Below, in pieces: positions 48,094 through 57,428 of a DNA stretch of 64,000 nucleotides. Origin of the DNA: Trueperaceae bacterium (GTDB lineage: Bacteria; Deinococcota; Deinococci; Deinococcales; Trueperaceae); contig OZ243956.1 in the NCBI GenBank assembly GCA_965214405.1, forward strand, positions 2,624,001 through 2,688,000, in the 5' to 3' direction. Under the pieces are notes generated by a model. That model had not been told where the DNA came from and searched no databases. It saw only the letters and a program-made list of their open reading frames with translations. The position numbers were made by a program, and so were the translations under genes. Every line of letters starts with the position of its first letter. Position 1 is the first letter of the stretch.

Positions 48094-49725
48094 ATGATTC
48101 GCAAACTCCCCCCCGAAACGGTGCGCGAAATCGCGGCGGGCGAGGTCGTGAGCGCGCCCGTGGACGTGCTCAAGGAACTCGTCGAGAATGCGTTGGATGC
48201 AGGTGCAACACGATTGGAAGTCGAGCTTAGCGAGGGCGGCATCAAAGGTGTGACGGTTGCGGACAACGGCGCGGGCATTCCCAAAGACGAGCTGCCTCTG
48301 GCTGCGGAGGCGCACAGCACGTCGAAGCTCGAGTCCCTACGCACCATCCAGACCTTTGGCTTTCGCGGCGAAGGGCTTTACGCAATCCGGCACGCCGCCA
48401 AGCTGCGGCTTACCAGTCGCCCCGCGGGGCAGCTTGGCGGCGCGAGCCTCACGGTGCAGGGGGACGTGCAGGTGCTCGAGGAGCACCCCGCGCCCCAGGG
48501 CACCAAAGCCGAAGTCACCGAGCTTTTCGCGGGGCTGCCCGCGCGCTTGCAGGCTTTGGAAACGCCCGCCACGGAGGGCAAACGGGCGCTCTCGCTTCTT
48601 TCGCACTACCTTTTGCATCACCCCGACGTGCGCTTCAAAGTCACAGCCGACAGCGGCGAGCGGTGGGACTACGCGGGCGGGAGCTTTCACGAGGCGGCAA
48701 AATTCGTGTGGGGCTCGGTGACGGCAAACCGTTTGTTGGCGTTGGGAGCGCAAGAGGACGCTTTCAGGCTTCGCGGCCTTCTTTCCCGCCCCGAACTCAC
48801 CCGCCCGCGGCGTGACCGCCTCCTACTGGCGGTTAATGGCCGCCCGGTGGACTGGCCCGAGGCGCTACTCAAGGCTGTTAGTTTGGGCTACCGCGAACTC
48901 TTGCGCGCGGGGCATCACCCGGTGGGGGTGTTTAACCTACATATCCCCTTCGACACCGTGTTGGTCAACACCGCGCCCGACAAACGGCGCGTGAGGCTCT
49001 TGGAAGAGGCGCGCGTCGCGGCCTTTGTGCAGCGCGCGGTTGAGGAGGCGCTGTCGTCGCACCCGCTCGCGCCCGCGCTGCCCGAGTTGCATTCTTTTGA
49101 CGCAGGCGAGGGAATCGCGCCCGCGCCGCGCTCGAGTCTTCCCGTCTTGCGTTACTTGGGCCGCTTCCGCGAGCTTTACTTGCTCGCCGAGGCCGAGGGC
49201 CAGCTCTGGGTGGTGGACCAGCACGCCGCGCACGAACGCATCTTGTACGAAGAACTCTCGCGCCGCTACCGCGAAGAAACGCCCGCCGAACTCGCCTACC
49301 CCGAACTCCTGCCGCTCTCGCTAGAAGAGGCGCTGCTTTACGAGGAGCGGCGTGAGGCGCTCTCTGGGTTCGGGCTGAGGCTCGAGCCCTTCGGCCCCGG
49401 CATCTGGCGCTTGCGGACCGTGCCCGCCTTTTTGCTCGCGCACCCCGCGCTTCTGGCCGACGTGGTCAAGGGCGCGTTGGGGCGTCGGGGTGCGGAGGAA
49501 GCCTGGCGCGCGGTGCTGGGCCGCTTGGCCTGTTTGCCCGCGCTGAAGGCGGGGCACGCGCTTTCTAGCGCGAACGCCCAAACGCTTCTGGACGCCCTCG
49601 CCCGCTGCGACACCCCCTGGAGCTGCCCGCACGGTCGTCCCACCGCACTGGTGCTGAGTGAGCTCGAGCTCGCCAGGCGTTTCGGTCGCCGCGGGCCGAG
49701 GGCTGTTCCGACGGAGCGCGTTTAG
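48094..49725 (+). CDS. mutL: DNA mismatch repair endonuclease MutL
   Basis: IAAGEVV, KELVENALDAGA, GFRGEGL, DQHAAHERILYE, CPHGRP. Confidence 0.96.
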   Translation: MIRKLPPETVREIAAGEVVSAPVDVLKELVENALDAGATRLEVELSEGGIKGVTVADNGAGIPKDELPLAAEAHSTSKLESLRTIQTFGFRGEGLYAIRHAAKLRLTSRPAGQLGGASLTVQGDVQVLEEHPAPQGTKAEVTELFAGLPARLQALETPATEGKRALSLLSHYLLHHPDVRFKVTADSGERWDYAGGSFHEAAKFVWGSVTANRLLALGAQEDAFRLRGLLSRPELTRPRRDRLLLAVNGRPVDWPEALLKAVSLGYRELLRAGHHPVGVFNLHIPFDTVLVNTAPDKRRVRLLEEARVAAFVQRAVEEALSSHPLAPALPELHSFDAGEGIAPAPRSSLPVLRYLGRFRELYLLAEAEGQLWVVDQHAAHERILYEELSRRYREETPAELAYPELLPLSLEEALLYEERREALSGFGLRLEPFGPGIWRLRTVPAFLLAHPALLADVVKGALGRRGAEEAWRAVLGRLACLPALKAGHALSSANAQTLLDALARCDTPWSCPHGRPTALVLSELELARRFGRRGPRAVPTERV

Positions 49726-49839
49726 TCCCTTGACGCTCGAGCCTGCTTCTAACGCTGTCAAGGCTTGTGCCTGCCGGGCAGCACCCCACCGTCTCTTGGC
49801 GTACAGATACCCCCTGTATCTTGAGCAGGCGCGTCAACC

Positions 49840-50511
49840 GTGACGGATGCGTCCCCCTTAGGAGCCGTGAAAGGTCGCGTTATCTACGTGCTCGCGGCCA
49901 TGCTGCTGCTGCAACTCACCTATCCCTTTTCGCTCCTGGGCAGGGAGCAAAACGCCGTTTATTTCGCCACCTACTGCGCGCTTTTGGGTAGCGGCGTCTA
50001 CGCGGCGAGCGTAAACCGCGTGCGCTTTTTGACGACCAGCGGCGTGGCGCTTCTCACCCTCGCGGTCGGGATTCCCTGGGTGCTCACGGGGGGCGACATT
50101 TTCTGGCTCACGCTCGCCAACTACGGCGCGCTCTTCGTCTTTCAGGGGCTCATCGTGCTCGCGCTGCTCGAGTTCATCTTCTATACAGACGGCGTCACCC
50201 GTGACGTGATTTACGCGGCGGTCACGGTTTACATCCTCTTCGGCAACGCCTTTACCGCACTTTTTATGATGATTCAGACGCTCGACCCGCAGGCGTTCGC
50301 GGTCTCGGGGGCTTTGGACGCGCCTATCGCGTGGCAACGGATGGTCTACTTTTCCTATACGACGCTCACCACGCTGGGTTACGGCGACATCACCCCGCGC
50401 TCGGCCTGGGTTCAGTCTTTGGCGGTCGTCGAAGCGATGCTGGGGCTTCTTTACATCGCCATCATTATCGGGCGGCTCGTGGGGGGATACCGGGCGGCGG
50501 GGTCCGAGTAG
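49840..50511 (+). CDS. potassium channel family membrane protein (Ion_trans_2)
   Basis: YFSYTTLTTLGYGDITP pore motif. Confidence 0.85.
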   Translation: MTDASPLGAVKGRVIYVLAAMLLLQLTYPFSLLGREQNAVYFATYCALLGSGVYAASVNRVRFLTTSGVALLTLAVGIPWVLTGGDIFWLTLANYGALFVFQGLIVLALLEFIFYTDGVTRDVIYAAVTVYILFGNAFTALFMMIQTLDPQAFAVSGALDAPIAWQRMVYFSYTTLTTLGYGDITPRSAWVQSLAVVEAMLGLLYIAIIIGRLVGGYRAAGSE

Positions 50512-50741
50512 CAAGTTCAGGTTACGCAGACGCTGCCGTTGGCCCAGATGGGAAATGGTATGCCTGGTACGCCATGCGAAAAATGAAGGCGCAAGCTTCT
50601 CCCCCTGACGCCCCTCTTGCCGGGCTTGCACTTGACGGCAATCTGTAGTACATTGGGGCTCACATTACGTTCACATTTCTGCCGTCGTGCGGACGCCGTT
50701 TTTTCAGAAGTGTTTCGCGCCCTTTTGCCTGGAGGTGTCCG

Positions 50742-52493
50742 ATGACGCTCTCGTGCCGACTCCTTGCCGCCGCCCTCTTTTTCGTCTGTCTTACAGGGTG
50801 CTCTTTGACGCTCACCGACCGGACGGGTCCGCTCTCTTACAACACGCCCATCAACGAACAGCTTTTCAGCGTCAAGATCGACGCTACCGGCTATACGCCC
50901 CGAGAGGTTTTCCTGAGCGTCGACGGCGCGTCTTACAGTCCCATGACGGGGCGCAGCGGCAATCTCTGGAGCCTGCCGCTCCCTATAGCCCCCTGCCGGG
51001 AGGTGGTCGAGTACCGCGTTCACGTCGTCTACACCGACGACGTGTTCGGAACGCGCGCTTCGGAAACGTTTCCTGCTGTCGGCACCTTCCGCGATACCAT
51101 CGAAGGTCAACCCGCGAGTTGCGCGGCCTACGCCCACACGGTTCCCCAGGTTTTCCGCGTCAACACCCCGGACGACCTAACCGACGCGCTACCCGGTGAC
51201 GGCGTGTGCGACGCCCGTCCCCGCCTTGAGAGCGAAACCTGTTCGCTGCGCGCCGCCGTGATGGAGGCCAACGCGCGGCCCGGAGTCGACCTCATCAAGG
51301 TGCCGCGAGGACGTTACCGCCTCACCCTCGAGAAGCCGGGCGGGACGGAGCGCGACGCGGTAGCTGAGGACGCTTTCGGCGACTTAGACGTTACCGACGC
51401 GCTGACTATCGTGGGCGACGTGGGTGATGCGGCGCGTTCCGTCTCGATGGACAGTTTTCTCAATGAGACCTCACAGTATGTTGATGACCCCAGTGAGGAC
51501 AACAGGTTCGTCAAAATAGACGGCAACAGAATCGACCGCGTGTTCCAAATTCACCGCGGCGGCGACGAGGAGCCCATATTTGTCGCGCTCGAGAACCTCC
51601 ACCTGCTTAACGGACGGCAGCATGACCGGCCCGGCGGCGGTATTCTTAACGAGGCGGTGCTCACGCTAAGCCGCGTGGTCGTGGGGGAAAATACCTTGGC
51701 GCAGAGGGGCGGGGCCGGGGGCGTCTATAGCCATAACAGAGGGGTCGGTGTCGCTAACTTTGGTCGCTTGGTTGCCAAAGAAAGCGCCATCATTCATAAC
51801 AGAATCGAAGTTAGAACCGGTATCGCGGGTGGTCTTTACAACGAGACCGGTGCCGAGGCGGTGCTCGAGCGCTCGCTCGTGGCCTTTAACGCAGCCCGCT
51901 TTGGTGGCACCATTTATAACCAGGGGGATGCTGAAGACGGAGTGTTCGGCCGTCTCACCTTAACCAACGTGACCATCACCGGCAACCGAAACACGGGCAC
52001 CGTGCGCGGCGGCCTTATCAACATAGGAGAGGCGAATCTTACTTTCGTCACCGTCGCCCACAACAACGGAACGCCTGTTCCCGTTTCCAACTCCGGCGTT
52101 ATGACTCTCGCGCACAGCCTCCTCATAAACAACGGCTCTTCAGCGTCCAGCCCCAACGGCGACTGCAGCGGCACCATCCATTCCCTCGGCGGTAACGTCG
52201 TTAAAGATGCGTCTAACTGCACGCTCTCCCGTGGGGGCTTACCCAACCAGGTCAACTTCATCGACTTTATCCCTTTGGGGTCTCTCAGCGTGCAGGGCGG
52301 CTTTACGCCCGTTCTCCCTCTTCGCCGCCCCTCAAGCTCGAGCGGTCTCGACGTGATCGACTTTACCCCCGGCTTCCCGCTCACGCCCACCGACCAGCGC
52401 GGCCTCGGCTTTCCGCGCTATATCGACGGCAACGGCGACGGTCGGGCCGACCCCGACCCCGGCGCTTATGAGGCCCCGCCGAAAGATGATTGA
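50742..52493 (+). CDS. CSLREA-domain beta-helix lipoprotein
   Basis: LTGC lipobox, CSLRAAVMEAN, GDLD, GGG..N repeats, TDQRG..DPGAYE C-terminus. Confidence 0.82.
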   Translation: MTLSCRLLAAALFFVCLTGCSLTLTDRTGPLSYNTPINEQLFSVKIDATGYTPREVFLSVDGASYSPMTGRSGNLWSLPLPIAPCREVVEYRVHVVYTDDVFGTRASETFPAVGTFRDTIEGQPASCAAYAHTVPQVFRVNTPDDLTDALPGDGVCDARPRLESETCSLRAAVMEANARPGVDLIKVPRGRYRLTLEKPGGTERDAVAEDAFGDLDVTDALTIVGDVGDAARSVSMDSFLNETSQYVDDPSEDNRFVKIDGNRIDRVFQIHRGGDEEPIFVALENLHLLNGRQHDRPGGGILNEAVLTLSRVVVGENTLAQRGGAGGVYSHNRGVGVANFGRLVAKESAIIHNRIEVRTGIAGGLYNETGAEAVLERSLVAFNAARFGGTIYNQGDAEDGVFGRLTLTNVTITGNRNTGTVRGGLINIGEANLTFVTVAHNNGTPVPVSNSGVMTLAHSLLINNGSSASSPNGDCSGTIHSLGGNVVKDASNCTLSRGGLPNQVNFIDFIPLGSLSVQGGFTPVLPLRRPSSSSGLDVIDFTPGFPLTPTDQRGLGFPRYIDGNGDGRADPDPGAYEAPPKDD

Positions 52494-52515
52494 CGTTCCG
52501 GCGTTTAGGTAAAGA

Positions 52516-53742
52516 TTATGAAACTGCGAGCCTTTGAAGAACGCGGCGTAACGCGCGTCTGCCAATCCCGGACGCTTCAGGACCCAAGACGACGTTGGCA
52601 AGTCCTTTAGCAAGCTCTGGCCGCCGCTCCGCGAGATAAACGAGCGTGTTGAGCAGCCCCGGCGAAAGAAGGGCTTTTTGAAGGGTGCGGGAAAAAGAGA
52701 AGAGCGAGCCGAAGCGTTCGCGTAAACGTGCGTCATAGGATGAAAGCCCCGCGCGCGAAAGGTCCCCTCGAGCGAGGGCAGTAACCAGATGCTTGGCGGC
52801 GAGACGTCCGGACTCGAGCGCAAAGTCAATCCCGTCCCCCGTGAGCGGGTTTACCAGCCCCGCCGCCTCACCGACGAGCAAAATGCGGTCACTCACGGCG
52901 GAATAACGCGGGAAGTCCATGCGGATGGGGTAACCCTGGATGGGACCCGCCAAGCGTAAGCCCTGTAACGACCCTCTCAACGCGGGCGACTGCAAAAAGG
53001 GCTCGAGCGCCTCCCTGGGCGGCGTGGGTTTGGCGAGCCGCTTCCACACCTCTAGCGTGGGATAGAGCGCGACGCCGACGTTGGCGGTCGTGGTCGAGGT
53101 GGGAAAAATCCAGCCGTAACCGGGGAGCGGCAGCCCGTCGAAGCGGAACTGCATCCGTTGGGGCAAATCCTGAATGTTCTCCAGGTAAGCCCTCGCCGCC
53201 AGCGCCATCGGGGGCGGGCGCTCGAGCAGTCCCGCCTTGACGAGCAAACCGCTGTTCGCGCCCGTTGCCAGGACGAGCGCGCGGCTTCTGTAAAACACGT
53301 CTCGTCCTTCTTGTTGGCCTTGAACGGTGACGTAGCCGGTGGTGTGGGCATCACGCCCCAACCCCTTCACCCGCACTTTACAAAACTGCGCGCCCGCCTC
53401 CAAGGCTCTAGCGCGAACCGCGTCATCTAAAGCGTAGCGCGGGGCCACGATGATGTGGTCGGGCCAGCCCGGTTTGTCGGGAAGTTCCAGAGAAACAGTG
53501 CGGCCGTTCGGCGCGCTCACCGCCACCTCGTTCATCCGCCACGCGCCGGGGACGTTTAGAGGGTCCACCCCCATCTCGTTTAGCGCCTGCACCGCGCGCG
53601 GGGTGAGGCCGTCGCCGCAGGTTTTATCGCGTGGAAAGGTCACCCCGTCGAGGAGCAGCACCTCGAGCCCCGCCTCAGCGAGCCCGTAGGCCGCCGCCGA
53701 ACCTCCCGGCCCGGCACCCACGACAATGACGTCATAGGTCAT
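52516..53742 (-). CDS. geranylgeranyl reductase family FAD-dependent oxidoreductase
   Basis: DVIVVGAGPGGS, FPRDKTCGDGL, GYGWIFP, GEAAGLVNPLTGDGI. Confidence 0.9.
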   Translation of the reverse strand: MTYDVIVVGAGPGGSAAAYGLAEAGLEVLLLDGVTFPRDKTCGDGLTPRAVQALNEMGVDPLNVPGAWRMNEVAVSAPNGRTVSLELPDKPGWPDHIIVAPRYALDDAVRARALEAGAQFCKVRVKGLGRDAHTTGYVTVQGQQEGRDVFYRSRALVLATGANSGLLVKAGLLERPPPMALAARAYLENIQDLPQRMQFRFDGLPLPGYGWIFPTSTTTANVGVALYPTLEVWKRLAKPTPPREALEPFLQSPALRGSLQGLRLAGPIQGYPIRMDFPRYSAVSDRILLVGEAAGLVNPLTGDGIDFALESGRLAAKHLVTALARGDLSRAGLSSYDARLRERFGSLFSFSRTLQKALLSPGLLNTLVYLAERRPELAKGLANVVLGPEASGIGRRALRRVLQRLAVS

Positions 53743-53890
53743 AAAGATAAGCTGGCTGCTTCAGTCACGTGAACCCTCTAGTCTTTATGCGCGTCTACAA
53801 CTCGCACGCCATCTTTGAGGTAGGAGTAGAGGAGGAAAAGTTTCTGTCTTTACTCACTACTTTCCACTCGGTACTCGGCACTTTCTTCAT

Positions 53891-54736
53891 CTACAACTTC
53901 AGCTCCAAAGGCCGCCACTTGAAGAGGTGAAAAAGCGCGTAAAGTTCAAACGCAAAAGGGATGTAGCCGATAAACCCCAGCAGCGGCATCTCGAACACGT
54001 ACAAAAACTCGACGCCCGGCGTGGTGTAAATCCACTTGGGCAGGGCGTAAAAGTTCCACATCTCCCAAAAAAAGCCGCATAGAAGCGCGCCCACCCCCAG
54101 CGCCACCACCGGACGCCAGTCGCCGCGGTCTAGGGGCTCGAGCAGCGACCCCTTGCCGAGCCACAGGTTAAGAGGTTCTAACAGACAATAAACCGAGCCC
54201 CACACGAACGGGTAAAAATAGATAGGCCAGCCCAGCACAAGCCCCAGCATGGTGAGGCCGAGCCCGAACAGCACGAGCGCCGTGCGCCCCGTTTTGGGAA
54301 TCCGCGGCCCCCGCCGGAGCCGGTCGACCCACCCAAAGGAACGCGCGAGTTCCGCCGTCTCGAACACCGCCGGAATCACGGTAGAAAACGCCAGCGAGGC
54401 GGTGAGGGCGTAGACCCATCTACTCATATCTTCAGCGCCTAAATAGTGCCAGTTTTGGGTGCGCAGGTTGATGAGTTCGAAAAGCCACCAGGCGGGGGCG
54501 GAGAGCACAAAAAGCATGGTGAACCCCCCCTTCGAGCGCGTCAGAATCGATGTGCCGCGCCGCTGCAACACGAGCGCGTCAACGACCAGCACGTACCCCA
54601 GCCACAGCGGGAAAAAGAGCAGGTGCGACCGGAGACCCGGCAAAAGCCAGTTGAGCGGCCAGCAGATAGCGATGAGCAGCAGACCTACCCAACCGTGCAA
54701 GGCCCAGCGGGCGCGCGGGCGGGCTCTAACGTTCAA
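53891..54736 (-). CDS. hypothetical multi-pass membrane protein
   Basis: Hydrophobic Trp-rich helices; WWLFELIN, GFFWEMWN, FEMPLLG. Confidence 0.75.
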   Translation of the reverse strand: MNVRARPRARWALHGWVGLLLIAICWPLNWLLPGLRSHLLFFPLWLGYVLVVDALVLQRRGTSILTRSKGGFTMLFVLSAPAWWLFELINLRTQNWHYLGAEDMSRWVYALTASLAFSTVIPAVFETAELARSFGWVDRLRRGPRIPKTGRTALVLFGLGLTMLGLVLGWPIYFYPFVWGSVYCLLEPLNLWLGKGSLLEPLDRGDWRPVVALGVGALLCGFFWEMWNFYALPKWIYTTPGVEFLYVFEMPLLGFIGYIPFAFELYALFHLFKWRPLELKL

Positions 54737-54884
54737 GAGCGTTCCGGTAAAATTTGAGAATAAACGACATGCTCTTTTCTATCACGCGAGGAGCAAACCA
54801 CAACAATGGCTTGCCCAACAGTATTTCGCCCGATGACGCGCTTCTCAGCTCACCCAGCACGTTTGGTTTGACGGCGTGTGAAGC

Positions 54885-55376
54885 CTAGCTCTCCGCTATC
54901 GCCTGGAGCTGCGCCAGGTGGTTGAGGTCGTGGCCCGCCATGAAGCGCACCTCCAAATCCAGACTCACGGGGCCGCGCTCGGGATGACGGGCTTCGGTAA
55001 GCCAGTCGTGCAGGTCAAAACCGGCAAAGAGGGCCAAGTTCCAGGCGCGGAGCGCGCGAAAGGTTTCGACGGCCAGGGCGGGCTCGAGTCGCCCATACCG
55101 CTCCGCCCACCTGTTCTCATCAAAGACTTGAATGGGGGCACCCGCCAAGACTTGCCGAATCCGAAAGCTCTTGCCGAGCTCGACGTCCGCCATATGGCAA
55201 AGAATCTCGCGCGCGGTCCATTTATCCGGCGCGTAGGAGAGACTCATGCGGTACTCGCCTAAGCTTTCCAAAAGCGTCTCCAGAACGCGTGGCGTGTTTT
55301 CCAAAACCTTGATGGGGTCTTCGTCACCCAACATTGCGAGGATGCGTTCGGCATAGGCAGTTTCAGAAGATTGCAT
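54885..55376 (-). CDS. DinB family protein
   Basis: KWTAREILCHMADVE, AGHDLNHL. Confidence 0.88.
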   Translation of the reverse strand: MQSSETAYAERILAMLGDEDPIKVLENTPRVLETLLESLGEYRMSLSYAPDKWTAREILCHMADVELGKSFRIRQVLAGAPIQVFDENRWAERYGRLEPALAVETFRALRAWNLALFAGFDLHDWLTEARHPERGPVSLDLEVRFMAGHDLNHLAQLQAIAES

Positions 55377-55467
55377 ACTCCAGCCTAACCCCTGAGGCGC
55401 GTGGGGGCCGGTTGCGTGGGTGTCGTGAAAGAACGCTACCGCCCCGCTCTACCGCTATAGTGGCCTC

Positions 55468-55785
55468 ATGAACGATAGGGTCCCAGAAGTGAGCGTCCAG
55501 GAGGCGCAGAAGCGTGTTGACGCGGGCGCGCTGCTCCTCGACGTGAGAGAACAAAACGAGTTTGACGAGGCGCGTATCGGCGGCAGTCTCCTCCTGCCCC
55601 TTTCCGAATTCGTCGGGCGCTTTGAGGCCGAACTGCCCAAAGACCGCGAGATCGTGGTGCATTGCCGTAGTGGCAAACGCAGCGCGCAGGTCACGGAATT
55701 TCTGTTACAGAAGGGTTACGACGCGGTCAACGTGGCGGGCGGCCTGCTCGCGTGGGAAGAGGCGGAGCTTACGGTTGAACGTTGA
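55468..55785 (+). CDS. rhodanese-like domain protein
   Basis: LLDVREQNE, VVHCRSGKRS, GGLLAW. Confidence 0.92.
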   Translation: MNDRVPEVSVQEAQKRVDAGALLLDVREQNEFDEARIGGSLLLPLSEFVGRFEAELPKDREIVVHCRSGKRSAQVTEFLLQKGYDAVNVAGGLLAWEEAELTVER

Positions 55786-55799
55786 GGAACGTTGATCCT

Positions 55800-56834
55800 C
55801 TAGGCGGCGGTGAGTTCTGTGATTAACTCCCCGCGTTCGTAAAGGCGCACGAACGCCTCGACCACCTGCGGGTCGAACTGCGCGCCGCGCTGCGCTCTAA
55901 TTTCCTCCACGGCCTCGAGCAGCCCCCTGGCCTCGCGGTGGGCGCGGTTATGGGTCACGGCGTCGAACGTGTCGGCCACCGCCAGGATGCGGCTCTCTAT
56001 GGGAATCGCCTCGCCCGCCAAACCCTGCGGGTAGCCCGTGCCGTCCCAGCGCTCGTGGTGGGTCAGGGCGATGAGTTCGGCCATCTTGATAAGGGGCGAA
56101 CGCCCGCCCGAGAGAAGCTGCGCGCCGACCGCGGCGTGCGTTTTGACCACCTCGAACTCCTCCAGCGTGAGCTTGCCTGCTTTCAAGAGAATGCCGTCGG
56201 GAATGCTTATTTTGCCCACGTCGTGGAGCCGCGCCGCGCGCAGCAACTCTTCGGCTTGTTCCTTAGGCAAGCCCAGCTCGAGCGCCAGCAACCAAGACGT
56301 GCGCGACACCCGCCAGACGTGCTCGCCCGTCTCGTCGTCGCGGTACTCGGCGGCCTTGGCTAGACGCACGAGCATTTCGATATGGGTTTCTTCTAATTGT
56401 TTGGTGCGCTCCCTCACCCGCGCCTCCAGCCCCTCGTTTTGCTCGCGCAGCTTGAGGTGAAAGCGGCGCGCCTCCAACAAGTTCCGGATCCGCAGCCGCA
56501 CCTCCTCCGCCTCGAAGGGCTTGTTAAGAAAGTCTCTCGCGCCGCTCGAGAGCGCCCGCTGCTTCGTTTCGGGACGCACGTCGGCGGTGAGCATCAGGAT
56601 GGGGAAATACTCGTCTTCTGAAATGAGAGGGCCAAGCGCCGCCATCACCTCGAAGCCGTCTAAGTGGGGCATGTGCAGGTCCAGAAGCAGCAGGTCGGGC
56701 CGACACGCCCCAAAGCGCTTGACCACCTCGCGCGGGTCGCGAAGCACGGTGAGCTGCGTGTAGCCCGCGCGCTGCAGGATGCTTTTTAGGATGACGATGT
56801 TGGCCTCTTCGTCGTCGACAATCATCAGGTTCAT
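55800..56834 (-). CDS. response regulator with HD-GYP phosphodiesterase domain
   Basis: IVDD, DLHMP, KP receiver; LHDVGK, HHERWDGTGYP; start uncertain. Confidence 0.9.
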   Translation of the reverse strand: MNLMIVDDEEANIVILKSILQRAGYTQLTVLRDPREVVKRFGACRPDLLLLDLHMPHLDGFEVMAALGPLISEDEYFPILMLTADVRPETKQRALSSGARDFLNKPFEAEEVRLRIRNLLEARRFHLKLREQNEGLEARVRERTKQLEETHIEMLVRLAKAAEYRDDETGEHVWRVSRTSWLLALELGLPKEQAEELLRAARLHDVGKISIPDGILLKAGKLTLEEFEVVKTHAAVGAQLLSGGRSPLIKMAELIALTHHERWDGTGYPQGLAGEAIPIESRILAVADTFDAVTHNRAHREARGLLEAVEEIRAQRGAQFDPQVVEAFVRLYERGELITELTAA

Positions 56835-56950
56835 GAGCTGGAGGTCCACACCGGATTGTAGAGCTTTGCCCGCGGGCGCGACGTTGATTTCTTGGCAGTT
56901 GTCACGGCCCGTTCTTGTGCCCTTTCCCACACGCGTGACAAAATGAAGGC

Positions 56951-57376
56951 GTGTTCTCTTATCAGACGAACTTAGAAGGCGTTACACCCGACAAGCTCAC
57001 GGGCTTTTTCGTCGGCTGGCCGAATCCGCCTTCCCCTGAAACGCACCTGCGCATCCTGCAAGCAAGTTCTCACGTCGTGCTGGCCTGGGAAGAAGACGGG
57101 GCAGAGGACGGGGTGGAAGACAGAGTCGTCGGCTTCGTTACCGCCATCAGCGACGGCGTGTTGGCGGCTTATGTGCCGCTGCTCGAGGTGCTCCCTTCTC
57201 ACCAAAAACAGGGTGTTGGGCAGGAGCTCATGCGGCGGATGTTGGAGAGTTTGGACGGGCTTTACATGGTTGACTTGCTTTGTGACGACGCGCTACAACC
57301 CTTTTATGAGAAGCTGGGGATGCGGCACTCTCAGGGGATGATGGTCAGGAATTATGCGCGACAGTCGGGAAAATAG
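56951..57376 (+). CDS. GNAT N-acetyltransferase
   Basis: FFVGWPNPPSPE, AISDGVLAAY, QKQGVG, FYEKLG. Confidence 0.88.
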   Translation: MFSYQTNLEGVTPDKLTGFFVGWPNPPSPETHLRILQASSHVVLAWEEDGAEDGVEDRVVGFVTAISDGVLAAYVPLLEVLPSHQKQGVGQELMRRMLESLDGLYMVDLLCDDALQPFYEKLGMRHSQGMMVRNYARQSGK

Positions 57377-57398
57377 GGGAGGCTTCCAAAGCCTCCCC
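57376..57398. terminator. hairpin between convergent genes
   Basis: GGGGAGGCTT-CCA-AAGCCTCCCC. Confidence 0.6.
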
Positions 57399-57428
57399 GG
57401 AGTGTCATCAAGCGTGACGTGTAGTGCG

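Noticed and set aside
57090..57128. EDGA-EDGV-EDRV 12-nt imperfect repeat in the GNAT gene
   Set aside because: Small in-frame loop duplication with no wider pattern
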